A DNA stretch of 62,195 nucleotides, filler included, from Chiloscyllium plagiosum (lineage: Eukaryota), in assembly GCF_004010195.1 (NCBI RefSeq). It is 3 parts of one record of this genome, joined end to end, with 100 filler letters (N's around TTAATTAATTAA, not from the genome) between each part and the next. Parts side by side here need not be neighbours in the genome. Positions count along the whole stretch, not along the records: positions 1 to 31,876 come from NC_057717.1; 2 more parts are not named here. One strand, 5' to 3'. A program made the translations under genes and the position numbers. The notes beneath the pieces were generated by a model. The model saw only the letters and a program-made list of their open reading frames with translations, searched no databases and was not told the origin of the DNA. Positions 1 through 12,519 of the stretch are shown here, piece by piece. The number at the start of each line of letters is the position of its first letter. Position 1 is the first letter of the stretch.

Positions 1-14
1 GCTGGAAAGTGGGA

Positions 15-1570
15 ACATGAGAACATAAGGAATAAGAGCAGGAGTAAGCCATCTGGCCCCTCAAGCCTGCTCTGCCATCCACAAGATCAGGGCTGATCTT
101 TTCATGGCCTCAGCTCCACATTCCTGCTCTCTCACCATAACCCTTAATTCTTTTCCTGTTCACAAATCTACATTTTGCCTTCAAGGCGTTCAAGTTGATA
201 ACGTCAAATGCTGCACTCAGCAGGGAATTCCACAGATTCACAACCCTTTACCTGAAGAAGCTCCGCCTGAACTCAGTCCTAAATCTGCTTTACTTATTTT
301 GAGGTTATGCTCTAGTTTGACCCGCCCCCAGTGGAAATAACTTCCCTGTTTCTGTCTTATCTACTTCCTTCAAAGTTTTATTTTTTCCTCTCCAACTTCC
401 CATTCTTCTAAATTACAATGACTATAGAACCAGTTTTCTCAATCTCTCCACATACGCCAACCCACTCAACTCCCAACTCAAGCTAGTGAACCTCCTGTGC
501 CAGTACATCCTTGCTAATGTAAGGGGACCAAACCTGTACACAGTACTCCAGGTGTGGCCTTCCCAGCACCCTGTACAGCTGCAGCATAACCATCCCTCTA
601 GCAATGAAGGACAATATTCCCTTCACTGTCTTAATTACCTACTGCACCTGCAAACCAACTTTCTGTGATTCATGCACAAGGACACCCAGCTCCCTCTGTA
701 CAGCAGCCTGCTGCACGTTTTCACCATTTCGTCATCAGTTTGCTGTTAGTCCAACTAAAATGGATAACCTCACATTTCCCAACATTGTCCTCCATCCACC
801 AGATTCTTACCCACTCACTTAACCTATCTGTATCCCTGTGCAGACTGACAGTGGCCTCTGCAGACATTGCTCTCCCTTATCTTCGTATCAAATGTGAACT
901 CTGACACCGTACACTTGGTCCTCAACGCCAAAACACTTGTGTAAATTATAAACAGTTGTAGTACCAACAGTAATCTAAACACCTGTTTATCCCCATTCTT
1001 TATTTTTTGTTGGTTAACCGATCCTGTATCAATTATAATTACCCACAATGCCATGCATCTTTACCTTATACAGCAGCCTTTTGTGTTGCAACTTATCGAA
1101 TACCTTCTGGAAATCCAGATACACCACATCCACCGAGTCCGCCTTGTCCAACGCGCTCGTCGTATCTTCAAATAATTTCAGTAAATGTGTTACACATGAC
1201 CTGCCTTTCATGAATCCATGCTGTGTCTGCTCAATGAGACAATTTCTACCCAGATATCTCACCACTACTTCCTTGAGAGATTCAAACATTTTCTCCACTA
1301 AAGAAGTTACGCTAACGGGTCCTTTTTGAAAAATAGTGGCACCACATTGGCAGCTTCCATTCTGTCAAAACCATCCCAGAATCCAACAAATTTTAGTGAA
1401 TTTTCACGAGTTGTATTAGCTATTCCACCCGCCCCCCCCCCAGCCATTTATTTTTTTTCCCTGGGATGCATTCCATCAAGGCCAGGAGACCCATGTACCT
1501 TTAGGCTGTTATCTTTCCCAACATAAACTCTTTACTGAGAATGATTGCTTCTCTGTCCTCGTCTGCCATT
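15..1570 (-). mobile_element. Decayed CR1-clade LINE (RT region to 3' end)
   Basis: ORF 1029-1298(-) has QHGFMKGRSCVTHLLKLFE...DVVYLDFQKVFDK, a CR1 RT motif. A reverse-complement CR1 3' end (gaacataaggaataagagcaggagtaagcc) lies at the start. Confidence 0.9.
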
Positions 1571-1589
1571 GCCTCTATAGGCCTGCGAC

Positions 1590-3650
1590 GATGAGAGTAC
1601 ATAGACAGTATGCTCCTGTTAAAGCCAAGGCTAGTAGGTGTAGAGAATGCTGCCTGTCGAGAGAAGTTGAAGGCCTGGTCAAGAAAATGAAGGAGGGATA
1701 TGGCAGGTACAGACAGCTGGGTTTGTGTGACTCCCTAGAGGAGTGTAGGGGCAGTTGGAGTATTCTCGAGGTAAACCATGAGGGCAAAAATGGGATATGA
1801 GATAGCTTTAGGAAATAGGTTTAAGGAGAATCCAAAGTGATTGTACAAATACACTAAGGACAAACGAGTAACCAGGCAGAGAATAGGTACCCGCAAAAAT
1901 CATCAAGGCTGTCTGTGGAACTGCAGGAGGTGGGAGAGATTCTATATGAGATTCTTGAGGATGTGGCAGCTAGAGTGTTTGGAGAAATAAATAGTGATAA
2001 CGTGATAAATGTCCGTATTACAGAGGAGGGGGTACTGGATGTCTTAAATGGTAGCCACAAGGTGGAATAATCCCTGGGACCTGCTCAGGTGTGACCCAGA
2101 ACTTTGTGGGAATCTAGGGAAGTATTTGCTGGACCCCTCGCTGAAATATTTGTGTCATTGATAGTCACAGGTGAGGTGCTGGAAGATGGGCGCAATTATT
2201 TGAGAAAGGTGGGAAGGAAAGGCCAGGGAACAATAGACCAGTGAGCCTGAAATCAGTGGCAGAGAAGTTGTTGGATGTGATTCTCGGAGACATGATTTAC
2301 ATGTAATTGGAAAGGCAAGACGTGATGAGGGAGAGGCTTTGTATATGGAAGTCACTAACTTGGACTCCAGGAAGACACAAGGTTCTACATAACAGACCGG
2401 TTAGCAAGCTTGAGACTGTAGAATACAGGGAGGACTAGCTATTTAGATACAGAATTGTCTAGAAGGTCACAGAGATGTATAACATGGAAACAGACCCACA
2501 GTCCGTACCGTCCATGCCAACAACTTAGTCAACCCAACAACTGTGTGAGAAATATGCTGTCAGGATGGGTGCTGGGTCCACTGCTTTTTGTCATTTTATA
2601 TCGATGATTTCTATGTGAATATATGAGGTATGGTTAGTATGTTTACACTAGACACCAAAATTGGAGATGTAATGGACAGTGAAGAAGGTTACCTCAGTAC
2701 AATGGGACTTCAATCAAATGGGCTAAGGGGTGGCAGATGGGTTTAATTTTGATAAATATGAGGTTCTGCATTTTGGAAAAGCAAATTAGAGCAGGGCTTG
2801 TACACTTAATGAGGAGGTCGTGGGAAGTGTTGCTGAACAAAGAGACCTTGGAATGCAGTTCACACTTCCTTGAAAGTGGGAATCTTAGGCTAGTGAAGAA
2901 GGTGTTTTGTATTGAGTATAGGAGTTGTGACATTATTTTGGGGCTGTACAGAGCATTGATTCAGCTACTTCTCGAATTCTGCTTTCAGTCCTGGTCTCCC
3001 CGCTATAGGAATGATGTTGTGGAACAGGAAAGGATTCAGAAAAGATGCACATAGATGTTGCCAGGGTTGAGAGTTTGAGATATAGGAAGAGGCTGTTTTC
3101 CCTGGGGCATCGGATGTGAGAGGTGAACTCAGTGGTTGATACACTCGTGAGGGACATGGTTAGGGTGAACAGCCAGAGTCTTTTTCCCACATTAGGTGGG
3201 TCCAAAACCAGAGAGCACAGGCTTAAGGTGTGAGGGAAAAGATTTAAAAGGGATGTGAAGGGCAATGTTTTCAAACTGAACATGGTATGTGTATGTGGAA
3301 TTAGCAGCCAGAGAAAGTGTGGAGGCTGGTACAATTGCAACATTTAAAAGGCATCTGATTGGATATGTGATTAGGCAAGTTTGAGAAGAATATGAGGCAA
3401 GTCCTGGCAAATGGGATGAGATTAATTCAGGATATCTGGTGGGCATGGACAAGTTGGACCAAGGGGTCTGTTTCTGGGCTGGTACAATTGAAACATTTAA
3501 AAGGCATCTGATTGGATATGTGATTAGGCAAGTTTGAGAAGGATATGAGCCAAGTCCAAGTAAATGGGATGAGATTAATTTAGGATATCTGGTGGGCATG
3601 GACAAGTTGGACCAAGGGGTCTGTTTCTGTGCTATACATTTCTATGGCAC
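1590..3650 (+). mobile_element. Decayed CR1/HER1 LINE, ORF2 to 3' UTR
   Basis: Frameshifted RT pieces (LYRALIQLLLEFCFQSWSPRYRNDV) and a typical 3' UTR ending gtctgtttctgtgctatacatttctatg. Confidence 0.9.
3324..3629. repeat. Tandem duplication, 2 x 153 bp, inside a CR1 3' UTR
   Basis: ggctggtacaattg...ggggtctgtttctg occurs at 3324 and again at 3477. Confidence 0.95.
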
Positions 3651-4127
3651 TAATAAATTAAAATTAAGATCGGTTTCTCTTTTCTGGAGAGTTAGCAAAA
3701 GATCAGAAAATTCTCCTTGGAGCTGAAAAGGTTAAGCAGTGATTTCGACCAGGAGCAGAATTGTTTCTAGGAAAATTAATTTACAGAGAGACAGCATGAG
3801 AAATTATTAACATTGTCACAATTTTTATGAACGACTTTCAGGTAACTGGCAAATAATGCAGGGTAAAAACGTGAAGATTATTTTACTCAGTAAGTTCTGA
3901 GCATCTGGAACAGTTTGATCGACAGATGGATGCAGATTCAGTCGTTATTGTCAAAACAAATTTGCAATTTTCCTTTTTAAAGGAAGGATTTGGAGGGCTA
4001 TGTCCAAATGAAAGGTGAGTTGGGACTGACTGGCACCATTTCCAGAGGGAGTGTGTACAGCCCCATTAGGCTGAATACCCCCCAGCCCCTGTGATCTGAG
4101 ATACTGTCCCATTCATCACAGGACAGA

Positions 4128-4510
4128 GCCATAGACATGTACAGCATGAAAACACACTCTTTGGTTAAACTGGTCTAGCCGACCAGATATCCCAACCTAA
4201 TCTCGTCCCATTTGCCAACACTTGGCACATATCCCTCTGCTCTCTTACTATTCATATACCCATCCAGATGCCAAATGGTATAATTGTACCAACCTCCTCC
4301 ACTTCCCGAGAGAAGATTCCATCCACGCACCAACTCCAGTGTGAAAGAAATTGCCCCTCAGATCCATTTTAAGTCTTTCCCTTCTCATCTTAAACCTATG
4401 CCCTCTCGCTCTGGACTCCTCCATCCCAGGGATGATACCTTGTCTATTTATCCTACCCATGCCCCTCATGATTTAATAAACCTTTGAGGTCATCCCTCAG
4501 CCTCTGATGC
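4128..4510 (-). mobile_element. CR1 3'-end fragment
   Basis: ORF 4248-4469(-) MRGMGRINRQGIIPGMEESRARGHRFK resembles the CR1 ORF2 C-terminus. Reverse 3' UTR at ~4130. Confidence 0.85.
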
Positions 4511-4514
4511 ACCT

Positions 4515-4640
4515 GGGAGGATCCCACCACTTATGTCACAATGGAGCTTGGCTGATTGACACAGCTTCAGACCAATAGGACAGTTGGCGTGATCCTCCAG
4601 CCAATGGGAGTGAATGAGGGGTGGGTCCAGCGGGCCATCA
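4515..4640 (+). promoter_or_regulatory. Degenerate copy of the CCAAT/GC-box promoter module
   Basis: gctgattgacacagc...CCAAT(4572)...gatcctccagCCAAT(4601)gggagtgaatgaggggtggg aligns with 16985-17090 and 26450-26550. Confidence 0.55.
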
Positions 4641-5478
4641 CCTGACCATGAGCTTTGCAGGCACAGTGTCACTGTGAGGGGGGGAGGGGTCTCAATGAGT
4701 GTGAGGGACTGGGAGAGAGATGGAGTTAGTGTGGATTGGGAGGGTTGATAAACACTGTTTCAGTCTGCTAGACCTGAAAGAAATACTTGGGGTAAATTAA
4801 AACCAAAAGAACTGCGGATGCTGTAAATCACACACAACAACCTCAAGGTACTGGAAAAGCTCCGCAGATCTGACAGCATCTGTGAAGAGAAATCAATTCG
4901 CACTTTGGATCCGGTGTCGCTTCCTCAGGTACTGATATTACTGAGAAAGAACTATTGGTTTGTATGCAGAAGGTAGAGGTTAAGGAGTAAATGATAGGTG
5001 GGGATAAAGTCCAAAGAGAGAGAGATCGGAGCAGTTGGACAAAGGAGTGGATATCAACCTGGCTGGGGGAAGAGTAAATAGCTGTTTATGGGGACTGTTA
5101 GTGGTTATCCATAGGTAGTGTGTAATAGCAGGCTATGTAATAACAAGGCCTGGTATGTGAGGTAGGGGCAAAGAAACTAGAACGTGGGAGAGTTCAGGAC
5201 CTAAAATTATTGAATTCAATGTTGAAGCCAGAGGATTTCAGGGTCCCCGAGTGGGAGATGAGGTGTTGTTCTTCCAGCTTGCTTTAAAGTGTGGCGCTGG
5301 AAAAACACAGCAATTCAGGCAGCATCCAAAGAACAGGAGAATCGACATATTGGGCATGTCAGCACTTCATCAGAAATGTGGGAGTGGGGGAAGCTGGCTG
5401 AGAGATAAATAGGGAGGTGTGTGTGGGTTTGGGGGGAAGGGAGCTAGGAAGAGACTAGGTAGATGTAGATGGGGTAGT

Positions 5479-5686
5479 AAAAACAATGACTGCAGATGCT
5501 GGAAACCGGATTCTGGATTAGTGGTGCTGGAAGAGCACAGCAGTTCAGGCAGCATCCGAGGAGCTTTGAAATCGGCGTTTCAGGCAAAAGCCCTTCCTGA
5601 TGAAGGTTTTTTTGCCCAAAACGTCGATTTCAAAGCTCCTTGGATGCTGCCTGAACTGCTGTGCTCTTCCAGCATCACTAATCCAG
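5479..5686 (+). mobile_element. Short fold-back Penelope pLTR insertion (family A) with 13-bp TSD
   Basis: Inverted arms 5513-5596 / 5602-5686. TSD tagatggggtagt (5466-5478) / tagatgtggtagt (5687-5699). The site is empty in the paralog at ~30090. Confidence 0.88.
5597..5625 (+). ncRNA. Degenerate minimal hammerhead ribozyme core of a Penelope pLTR
   Basis: CTGATGA-aggtttttttgccc-AAAACGTC. The opposite arm and the copy at ~47523 (ttgcccGAAACGTC) give the consensus CTGATGA-A-GGGC-TTTT-GCCC-GAAA-CGTC. Confidence 0.6.
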
Positions 5687-6663
5687 TAGATGTGGTAGTG
5701 GTGAGAGAGTGGAATGGATAATTGGGAAGGATGATGGACAGGTGAGACAGTTCAAGAGGCCAGTGCCGAGTTGGAGGGTTGAATCTGTGATGAGGTGGGG
5801 GAGAGGAGATGAGGAAACCTTGATGCCATGTGGTTGAAAGGTCCCAAGGTGGAAGATGAGGTGTTCTTCCTCCAGGCGTCGGGTGGCTCAGATTTGGGGG
5901 TGGATGACATCCAGGAATTGCCTGTCCTTGGCAGCGTGGCGGCAGAGGGGGGTAGCTGAAGTGGTTGGCCACAGGGCGGTGGGGTTGGTTGGTGCATGTT
6001 CCCTGAAATGTTCCACAAGTTGGCATCCTGACTCCCCACTGTGGAGGAGACCGCATCGAGAGCAAAGGACACAAAAGGTGAGGTGTTTGGATGTGCAGGA
6101 AAATCTCTGTTGGATGTGGGAGGGGTGGGGAGGGAAATATATCTCTGGTAGTGAGGTCTGATTGTAGTTGGTGGAAATGGCAGACGATGATGCATTGTAT
6201 CTGGGTGGAAGGTGAGAACTAGGGGGATTCCATACTTTTTGCAGTTGGAGATGTGGGTGCCAAGGGCAGTGGTGTGGGAAGTGGAGGAGATACACGGGAG
6301 GGGAAATTGCAGTCCTTGAAATCGGAGGCCATTTGGTATGTTCTGGAGTGTTCTGCCAGCTTGCATCAAGCTTCACTGGAACACTGCAGTAAGCATGAGA
6401 CAGAGATGTTGGCCATGGAACAGTCTTGTGTGTTAAAGTGGCGGGCAGCTGGATGATCCGGGTTTTTTTTGCAACACAATGTAGATCATCAGCCGCCATT
6501 TCCACCACCGCTACTGAGATGCTACCAGGTTCCTGTCTCCTCCATTAACAGCTTTCCGCCCTCCCAGCCGGATCGTTATCCACTCTTTTGTCTTTCCAAA
6601 TGTTCCAATCTTTCTTTGGGATCTGTCCCCACTTATTATTTACTCTTTAACCCCTATCTCCTA

Positions 6664-6830
6664 TAGTCCAAAGATATGCAGGTTAGGAGAATTGGCCCAG
6701 CTAAATTTCCCGTAGTGTTCAGGGATGTGCATTAGTCCGGGGAAATGGTGAGTAATAGGGTAGGGGAATGGGTCTGGGTGGGTGTGGAATTGTTGGGCCG
6801 AAGAGCCTGTTTCCTGTGGGGATTCTAATT
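6664..6830 (+). mobile_element. HE1-type SINE, 3' half
   Basis: gtccaaagatatgcaggttaggagaattggcccagctaaatttcccgtagtg matches the SINE body at 35600-35770. Confidence 0.85.
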
Positions 6831-7187
6831 TTCCCAGCTGCCATCGGTTCTGAGGAAGGGTCACTGGACTCGTGATGACACTTGGTGTGTGCAGGAGGAG
6901 GAAACGGGAAAGGGGAGAGTGGCAACAGAAACTGGATGAAATGTATCAGTGTAGACTGGAAGGGTTGAGTGACACTCTGTGCAGGTCGTTAGTCTGAATT
7001 AGAAACTCCTGGTCCCACATTTGCAGCAAAGTGGAAGATGGCTTGGGCCTCAGGNNNNNNNNNNNNNNNNNNNNNNNNNNNNNNNNNNNNNNNNNNNNNN
7101 NNNNNNNNNNNNNNNNNNNNNNNNNNNNNNNNNNNNNNNNNNNNNNNNNNNNNNNNNNNNNNNNNNNNNNNNNNNNNNNNNNNNNNN

Positions 7188-7272
7188 GGAGTCATCAGGA
7201 TCTGAATATCATTGGCATTTAACTGTGAAAGGAGAAAGGTTTGTCTGTTCTGTCTGTGGGAAAAATATTTTC
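7188..7272 (+). pseudogene. Truncated C2H2 zinc-finger exon remnant
   Basis: Translates to SSGSEYHWHLTVKGERFVCSVCGK (first half of a finger). Similar to 11395-11490. Confidence 0.6.
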
Positions 7273-7984
7273 ATTATTTTTTGTCAAGCAAAAAGCAGAA
7301 CGATGTTTAAGTTTATGGTTGGATCACCCTTGGGGTATGTGTTTAATTCTTGGCCCTGTAGCTGTGGAAGGAGGTATTGTCAGATTTAGTCCCAATCATC
7401 CACTTTATGATGTTAACCTGTAAACTCCCTACTTCCAATTCCCTACAAACTTCTCATTGAAATTCCTTGTGGACTCAAATTCCAGCACCATTTCAGGTGG
7501 AACGTTCCAGATTCTGACAACTGTCTTTTCATTCCGAAACTGCTGAAGTCCATGTTGACTCTGGGGATACAAAGGGCTGAATTGAAAAATGAGATGCTTT
7601 CCTGAGCTCCCATTGAGATGCATTGGAACAGTACAGGAGGCTGAGGGCAGTGTAGGTGTGAGCAGACATTGAAAATGACAGGGCTGCACTGCGAGGGCTG
7701 CTTGGATCAATGAGAGTGTTTTGGAGTTGGATGTAAACAGAGTGAGGTGAGACAGGGAGAAGGTGAAGCTGAAACTCCGTTTTACTTCAGGCCATTCAGA
7801 AATTCACAGTCCCAATGGGAATAGCCAATTGGTCAGTATTTAATTGCGGAGTATTTAAGTTTTTAAAAGTACAACAGATCAGCTTAAGTAAAGATTTTTT
7901 TTAGTATAATGGGCATGTTTGAAGTGAAGGAAGGTTGCTCACTCATTTAAATTCTCTTAATGGGAGTAACTAGATGAATGTAGA

Positions 7985-8520
7985 GAGATGTTGTTACAGG
8001 AGACCTCAGACCCATGGTGTGCTCCTCTTGCACAATGTGGGACATAAGGGATGCTTCCAGTGTCCGTGACGGCTATGTGTGCAGGCAGTGTGTCCATCTG
8101 CAGCTACTGAGAAACTGTTTTTCAGACCTATAGCTGAGAGTGGACTCACTGTGGAGCAATACTGAGAATGTTATGGACAGCACGGTTAGTGAGTTAGTCA
8201 CACTGCAGGGGAGAGTTACACAGGCAGAAAGGGAATGGGTGACCATCAGATCAAGTAAAAGGCTCAGGAAGGAAGTGCAGGACTCCCCAGTGATCATTCC
8301 CCTTCTCAAACAGATATTGTGCACCGCTTGGGAATCTATAAGGTTGGGAACAGGTGGGGTGGACTCTCAGGGGAAATCAGCAACAGCCAGGTTCATGACA
8401 CCACAGATAACTCCGCTGCACATACGGGAGGAGGGAGAATGGCAGAACTATAGTGACAGGGGATCCACTAGTCAGGGTCAGAGACAGGCACGTCTTTGAC
8501 CACAGACATGAATCAAGGAC
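7985..8520 (+). mobile_element. CR1 ORF1 fragment
   Basis: VCSSCTMWDIRDASSVRDGYVCRQCVHLQLL...VMDSTVSELVTLQ...EWVTIR: the Cys-rich N-terminus typical of CR1 ORF1. Confidence 0.85.
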
Positions 8521-8539
8521 AGTGGAATTGAACCCAGGT

Positions 8540-9740
8540 CCATTTATTGATAAATGCACAGACCAATAAAGGTCAGCGTCCCAAATGCAACCTTCAGCAC
8601 TTGGTCACCCTGAAGCTCTACTTTCCAGGGACTATGCACTTGTTCTGAGCTCTTCAGAGGGATTGAAGGGGACAGAGAGAAAACAGGAACAGGGTTGTGT
8701 TGCAGATCTATAAAATAACTGTATCCCTCGCCTGTCGGTTTCTCCCCCCGCCTCGGTCTCCCACACCCCATCGTGCCTCCACCCCGACCGCAGGGAAAAG
8801 ACCTTGTGTATTTACCCTATCCATGCCCCTTCTGATCTTATAAACCTCTATAAGGTCACCCATCAGCATCTGACACTCCAGGGAAAACGGTGTATTCCCT
8901 GTAGATCAAATACTCCAACCCTGGCAACATGCTTGTAATACTATTCTGGCCACTTTCAAGTTTCACAATATTGTTTTGATAGGAAGGAGACCAGAATTGC
9001 ATACAATATTCCAAGAGTGACCTAACCAATGTCCTGTAGAGCCGCAACATGACCTCCCAACTCCTGTACTTGGTACTCTGACCAATAAAGGAAAGCATAC
9101 TAAACACCTTCTTCACTATCCTATCTACCTGCGATTGCTTTCAAGGAGCTGTGAACCTGCATTCCAAGGTCTCTTTGTTCAGGAACACTTCCGAGAACTA
9201 TACCATTAAGTGTATACACCCTGCTAATATTTGCTTTTCCAAAATGAAGCACCTCACATTTATCTAAATTAAACTCTAACTGCCAGTCCTCAGCACATTC
9301 GACCCTCTGATCAAGATCCTGTTGTAATCTGAGGTAATCCTCTTCACTGTCCACTACACCTCCAATTTTGGTGTCATCTTACTAATACTTTTTATATTCA
9401 CATCCAAATCATTTATATAAATGATGAAAATTAGTGGATCCAGCACCAATACTTTGTGGCACTCCACTGGTCACAGGTCTCCAACCCGAAAAGCAACCTT
9501 CCACCACCACCCTCTGTCTTCTACCTTTGAGCCAGTTTTGTATCCAAATGGCTAGTTTTCTCTATCTTCTGTGAGATCTAACCTTGCTAACCAGTCTCCC
9601 ATGGGACACCTTGTTGAGCACCTTACTGAAGTCCATGTAGATCATTTCCACCGCTTTGCCCTCATCAATCCTCTTTATTACTTCTTCAAAAAAGTTGACT
9701 CATGTTCATGAGAGGTGATTTCTCACACACAAAGCCGTTA
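8540..9740 (-). mobile_element. Decayed CR1 RT region
   Basis: LYRTLVRSLLEYCMQFWSP; LQQDLDQRVECAEDWQLEFNLDKCEVLHFG. Confidence 0.92.
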
Positions 9741-10395
9741 TTAATACCCAGGACTTAACTCTGTACATTGGGGTCTGCGTCACCCAATTATAGCTGTTAA
9801 TATTCTGGATAAAGTTCATGTACACCAGCTTTGTGTTAGTGACTGTGTCTTGAATCTTGTTAATATCACCAATGCCGGTTAGTTCGTTTTAAAAGACAGT
9901 CCCTTCCGTCTGCTCTGTCTCCTCCATCCCCACCGTAGATAGTAAGTGGGAGGAGCTCATGGAGTTTCCATGTGAGTGAGACTGAGAAAATCTTCCCTTC
10001 ATTCCACTATCTCACCAGGAAACGGTGGTAGTGTCCTTACCTCTGAGCCATGAGGTTTGGGTTCAAAGTTGAGTCACAGCATCTTTGAAGAGGCTGATTG
10101 GAAAACATGCCCAAGCTCCCAACTGTCCCTGCCTGAGCCTCCAAACTGAATCTTCCTGTAGTTTCTCTCCTGTCAGTTTCTCCCATTGCTCAGTTTGCCC
10201 AGGATCCCCTCCTGCTGCTGCACTGCTCCTGTCCCTCACTGACCTGTCCATCCCCCAGTGTCCTCCACATTCATTCATTGTTTACAATCCCATTGACCCA
10301 GTCCTCCAGCCCCGCCCCCTGCATCCTATTGGGCAGCAGATGCTGTCAATCACCCAGGCTCCTGTGTGATCTGGAGCATGCTCTGTAGGAGGCGC

Positions 10396-10557
10396 TGGAT
10401 TCTGGATTAGTGGTGCTGGAAGAGCACAGCAATTCAGGCAGCATCTGAGGACAGGCAAAATCCGAGGACTGTCCTCGGATGCTGCCTGAATTGTTGTGCT
10501 CTTCCAGCACCACTGATCCAGAATCTGGTTTCCAGCATCTGCAGTCATTGTTTTTAC
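10396..10557 (-). mobile_element. Short fold-back Penelope pLTR insertion (family A) with 15-bp TSD
   Basis: Palindromic arms. TSD ctctgtaggaggcgc (10381-10395) / ctctgtaggaggggc (10558-10572). Confidence 0.88.
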
Positions 10558-10989
10558 CTCTGTAGGAGGGGCAACCAGTGCACGGGCGCAGTGCTGGCCA
10601 ATTGCCGCAGTGTGTGTAGGGCGGGTCAGTGCAAGGGAGGGACGCTGTGGGTGTGTGGGATTAATCTATCATTGGCAGCTCCCTACCTTCCTCCTCTGGG
10701 AACAGGACCCGGGGAATAGCCTCTCTCCTGGTATCCTGACGAGTGGTCAAAGTATCACTGGGGGAGCATTTTGCAGAAAGTTATCAGAACGCTTTTTGTG
10801 AAGATTCAGGATTGTTATGGAAAGGGGCAAGGATGGGTCATCCATTAGAGTTCGAATTTGGTTCATTTTAGTTCAACCAGATATGATTTTGCCAGAGTGT
10901 GCAAGAAGCAGTGTGTGCAGTATGGTTCTCATCAGAGGGTGGAGGTGGGGAATATAAATGAGATGTTCCAGATTGATTTTTCCCCAATA

Positions 10990-11600
10990 CGGTTCCAACC
11001 AGGAAGGAAACCCGGGGACCTAGGTGGAGGATTCACCAACACTCGGGAGGCTCCGAGTCAGAATCATTGATTTGGTTCTTAGTCTGCAGAAAGGAGCGAG
11101 GTAACTGAATTCAAGGAGACGAGAGAGAATTCAAGGAGAGGAGAGAGAGTGTGAGAACTGGGTGTGGAGGAAAGGAGTGAGGAGATTGGTTTGGTCTTCA
11201 GTTAACAAGAGAGAGAAATTGTGAGACTGAGATTTAAAGCTTTGGGGCAACAAGGAAACTACAATTTAATACTATCATTGTCTTATAAAGATCCATCCGG
11301 TATTAACGGTGGTTTCTTGTTTTCTCTGTACGGTACTGAAATGGCGGATTTGCGGAAGTGAAATTCAAATTGAATTTCATGTTCAGTTTTGATAGTTACT
11401 TGATCCGTGCCGATCTAAATATCATTGGCTTTTTCATGTGGAACGAAAGGTGTGTATTCTGTCCGTGGGTGAATATTTCAAATATCACTGTGACTGGAAA
11501 AAAATACTGAGACACAGTCAAGTCCATGTTAGTGTGATGACTGTGCAGAGAGATTTCGTTTGTTTTTAAAAGTCTGAAAAACATGGCACATTTTCCAGGA
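10990..11600 (+). pseudogene. Decayed ZNF-type gene 5' part (small UTR-like exon, intron, degenerate finger exon)
   Basis: Donor aaggagcgag|gtaact at 11100/11101. 11331-11490 aligns with 15470-15520 and 7188-7272. Degenerate CSVxG and DCxE finger remnants. Confidence 0.5.
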
Positions 11601-11829
11601 ACAATTAAGCTACAGATTTGTTTTGTATGAAGACAAGGTTTTAATTAACCAAGCAACCAGAAAGAGACCAGGATAGCTGCACCATGGAACAAACGATGAA
11701 AACGGGATTGTTGTAAAGGAGTTAATTATCGATCATGGATTGTAATCCATTGGCGTTGTCACGTCGGTTCCAGCGCCGTGGGGAAATACTGGAAATGTGA
11801 TGGATATAATGTAGGTTTCAGTTATTAAA

Positions 11830-12315
11830 CTGTAAAAAGTGCAGAAGAAATTTACAAGGATTTTTGCCCACGCTCAGGGGTCTGAGTTATAGGAAGAGGT
11901 TGGACAAGCGAGGATTTATTTTGTTTGTTTAGAGCAGAGGAAACAGAAGGGGGGATCTTTTCTCGAACTCTATATGACCATGAGAGGCATGGGTAAAGTG
12001 AATGCACTCAGTCTTTTGCCCAGTGAATCAAGGACTGGAAAGCATCAGTTAAAGAAAGAATGAAAGGGAACCTGAGGGGCAACTGTTTTACACAGAGGGT
12101 GGTATGTATATGGACTGAGCTGCCAGTGGAAGTGGTTGAGGTGGGTACATTAACAAAATGTAAAAAAACCATTTGGACAAACACATGGATAGGAAAGGGT
12201 CAGAAGCATATTGGCCAAGTGCATGGAATTCGGGTTTGCATAGATGGATATTTTGGCCGGAATGGGCCAGTTTGGGCCAAAGAGCCAGCCTCTGCTGTAG
12301 GATGCTCTGACTCCA
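11830..12315 (+). mobile_element. CR1 3'-end fragment
   Basis: KGNLRGNCFTQRVVCIWTELPVEVVEVGTL, the CR1 ORF2 C-terminus. Confidence 0.88.
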
Positions 12316-12519
12316 AGTATATTGACTATTTCTCCTGCTATCTCTGGTAGCACCCTGGGATGTATTTCGTCTGAGCAAGGAGACGTGTCCACCTTTAGCT
12401 CCATTAGCTTGCCCAGCTCTAACGCTTTTGTGATGATGGTTGTTTCTTGGTCCTCACCTTCCTTAATCTCCTTATCAATTACTGGCATGTTCTTCGTATC
12501 CTCCACTGTGAAGACTGAC

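Larger units (their letters stand above)
4800..6870 (-). mobile_element. Penelope-like element remnants (GIY-YIG endonuclease plus terminal repeats)
   Basis: Minus-strand frames give QQRFSCTSKHLTFCVLCSRCGLLHSGESGCQLVEHFREH and QPHRPVANHF, matching the PLE GIY-YIG domain (CxxC, YIGETG-like). Confidence 0.88.
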
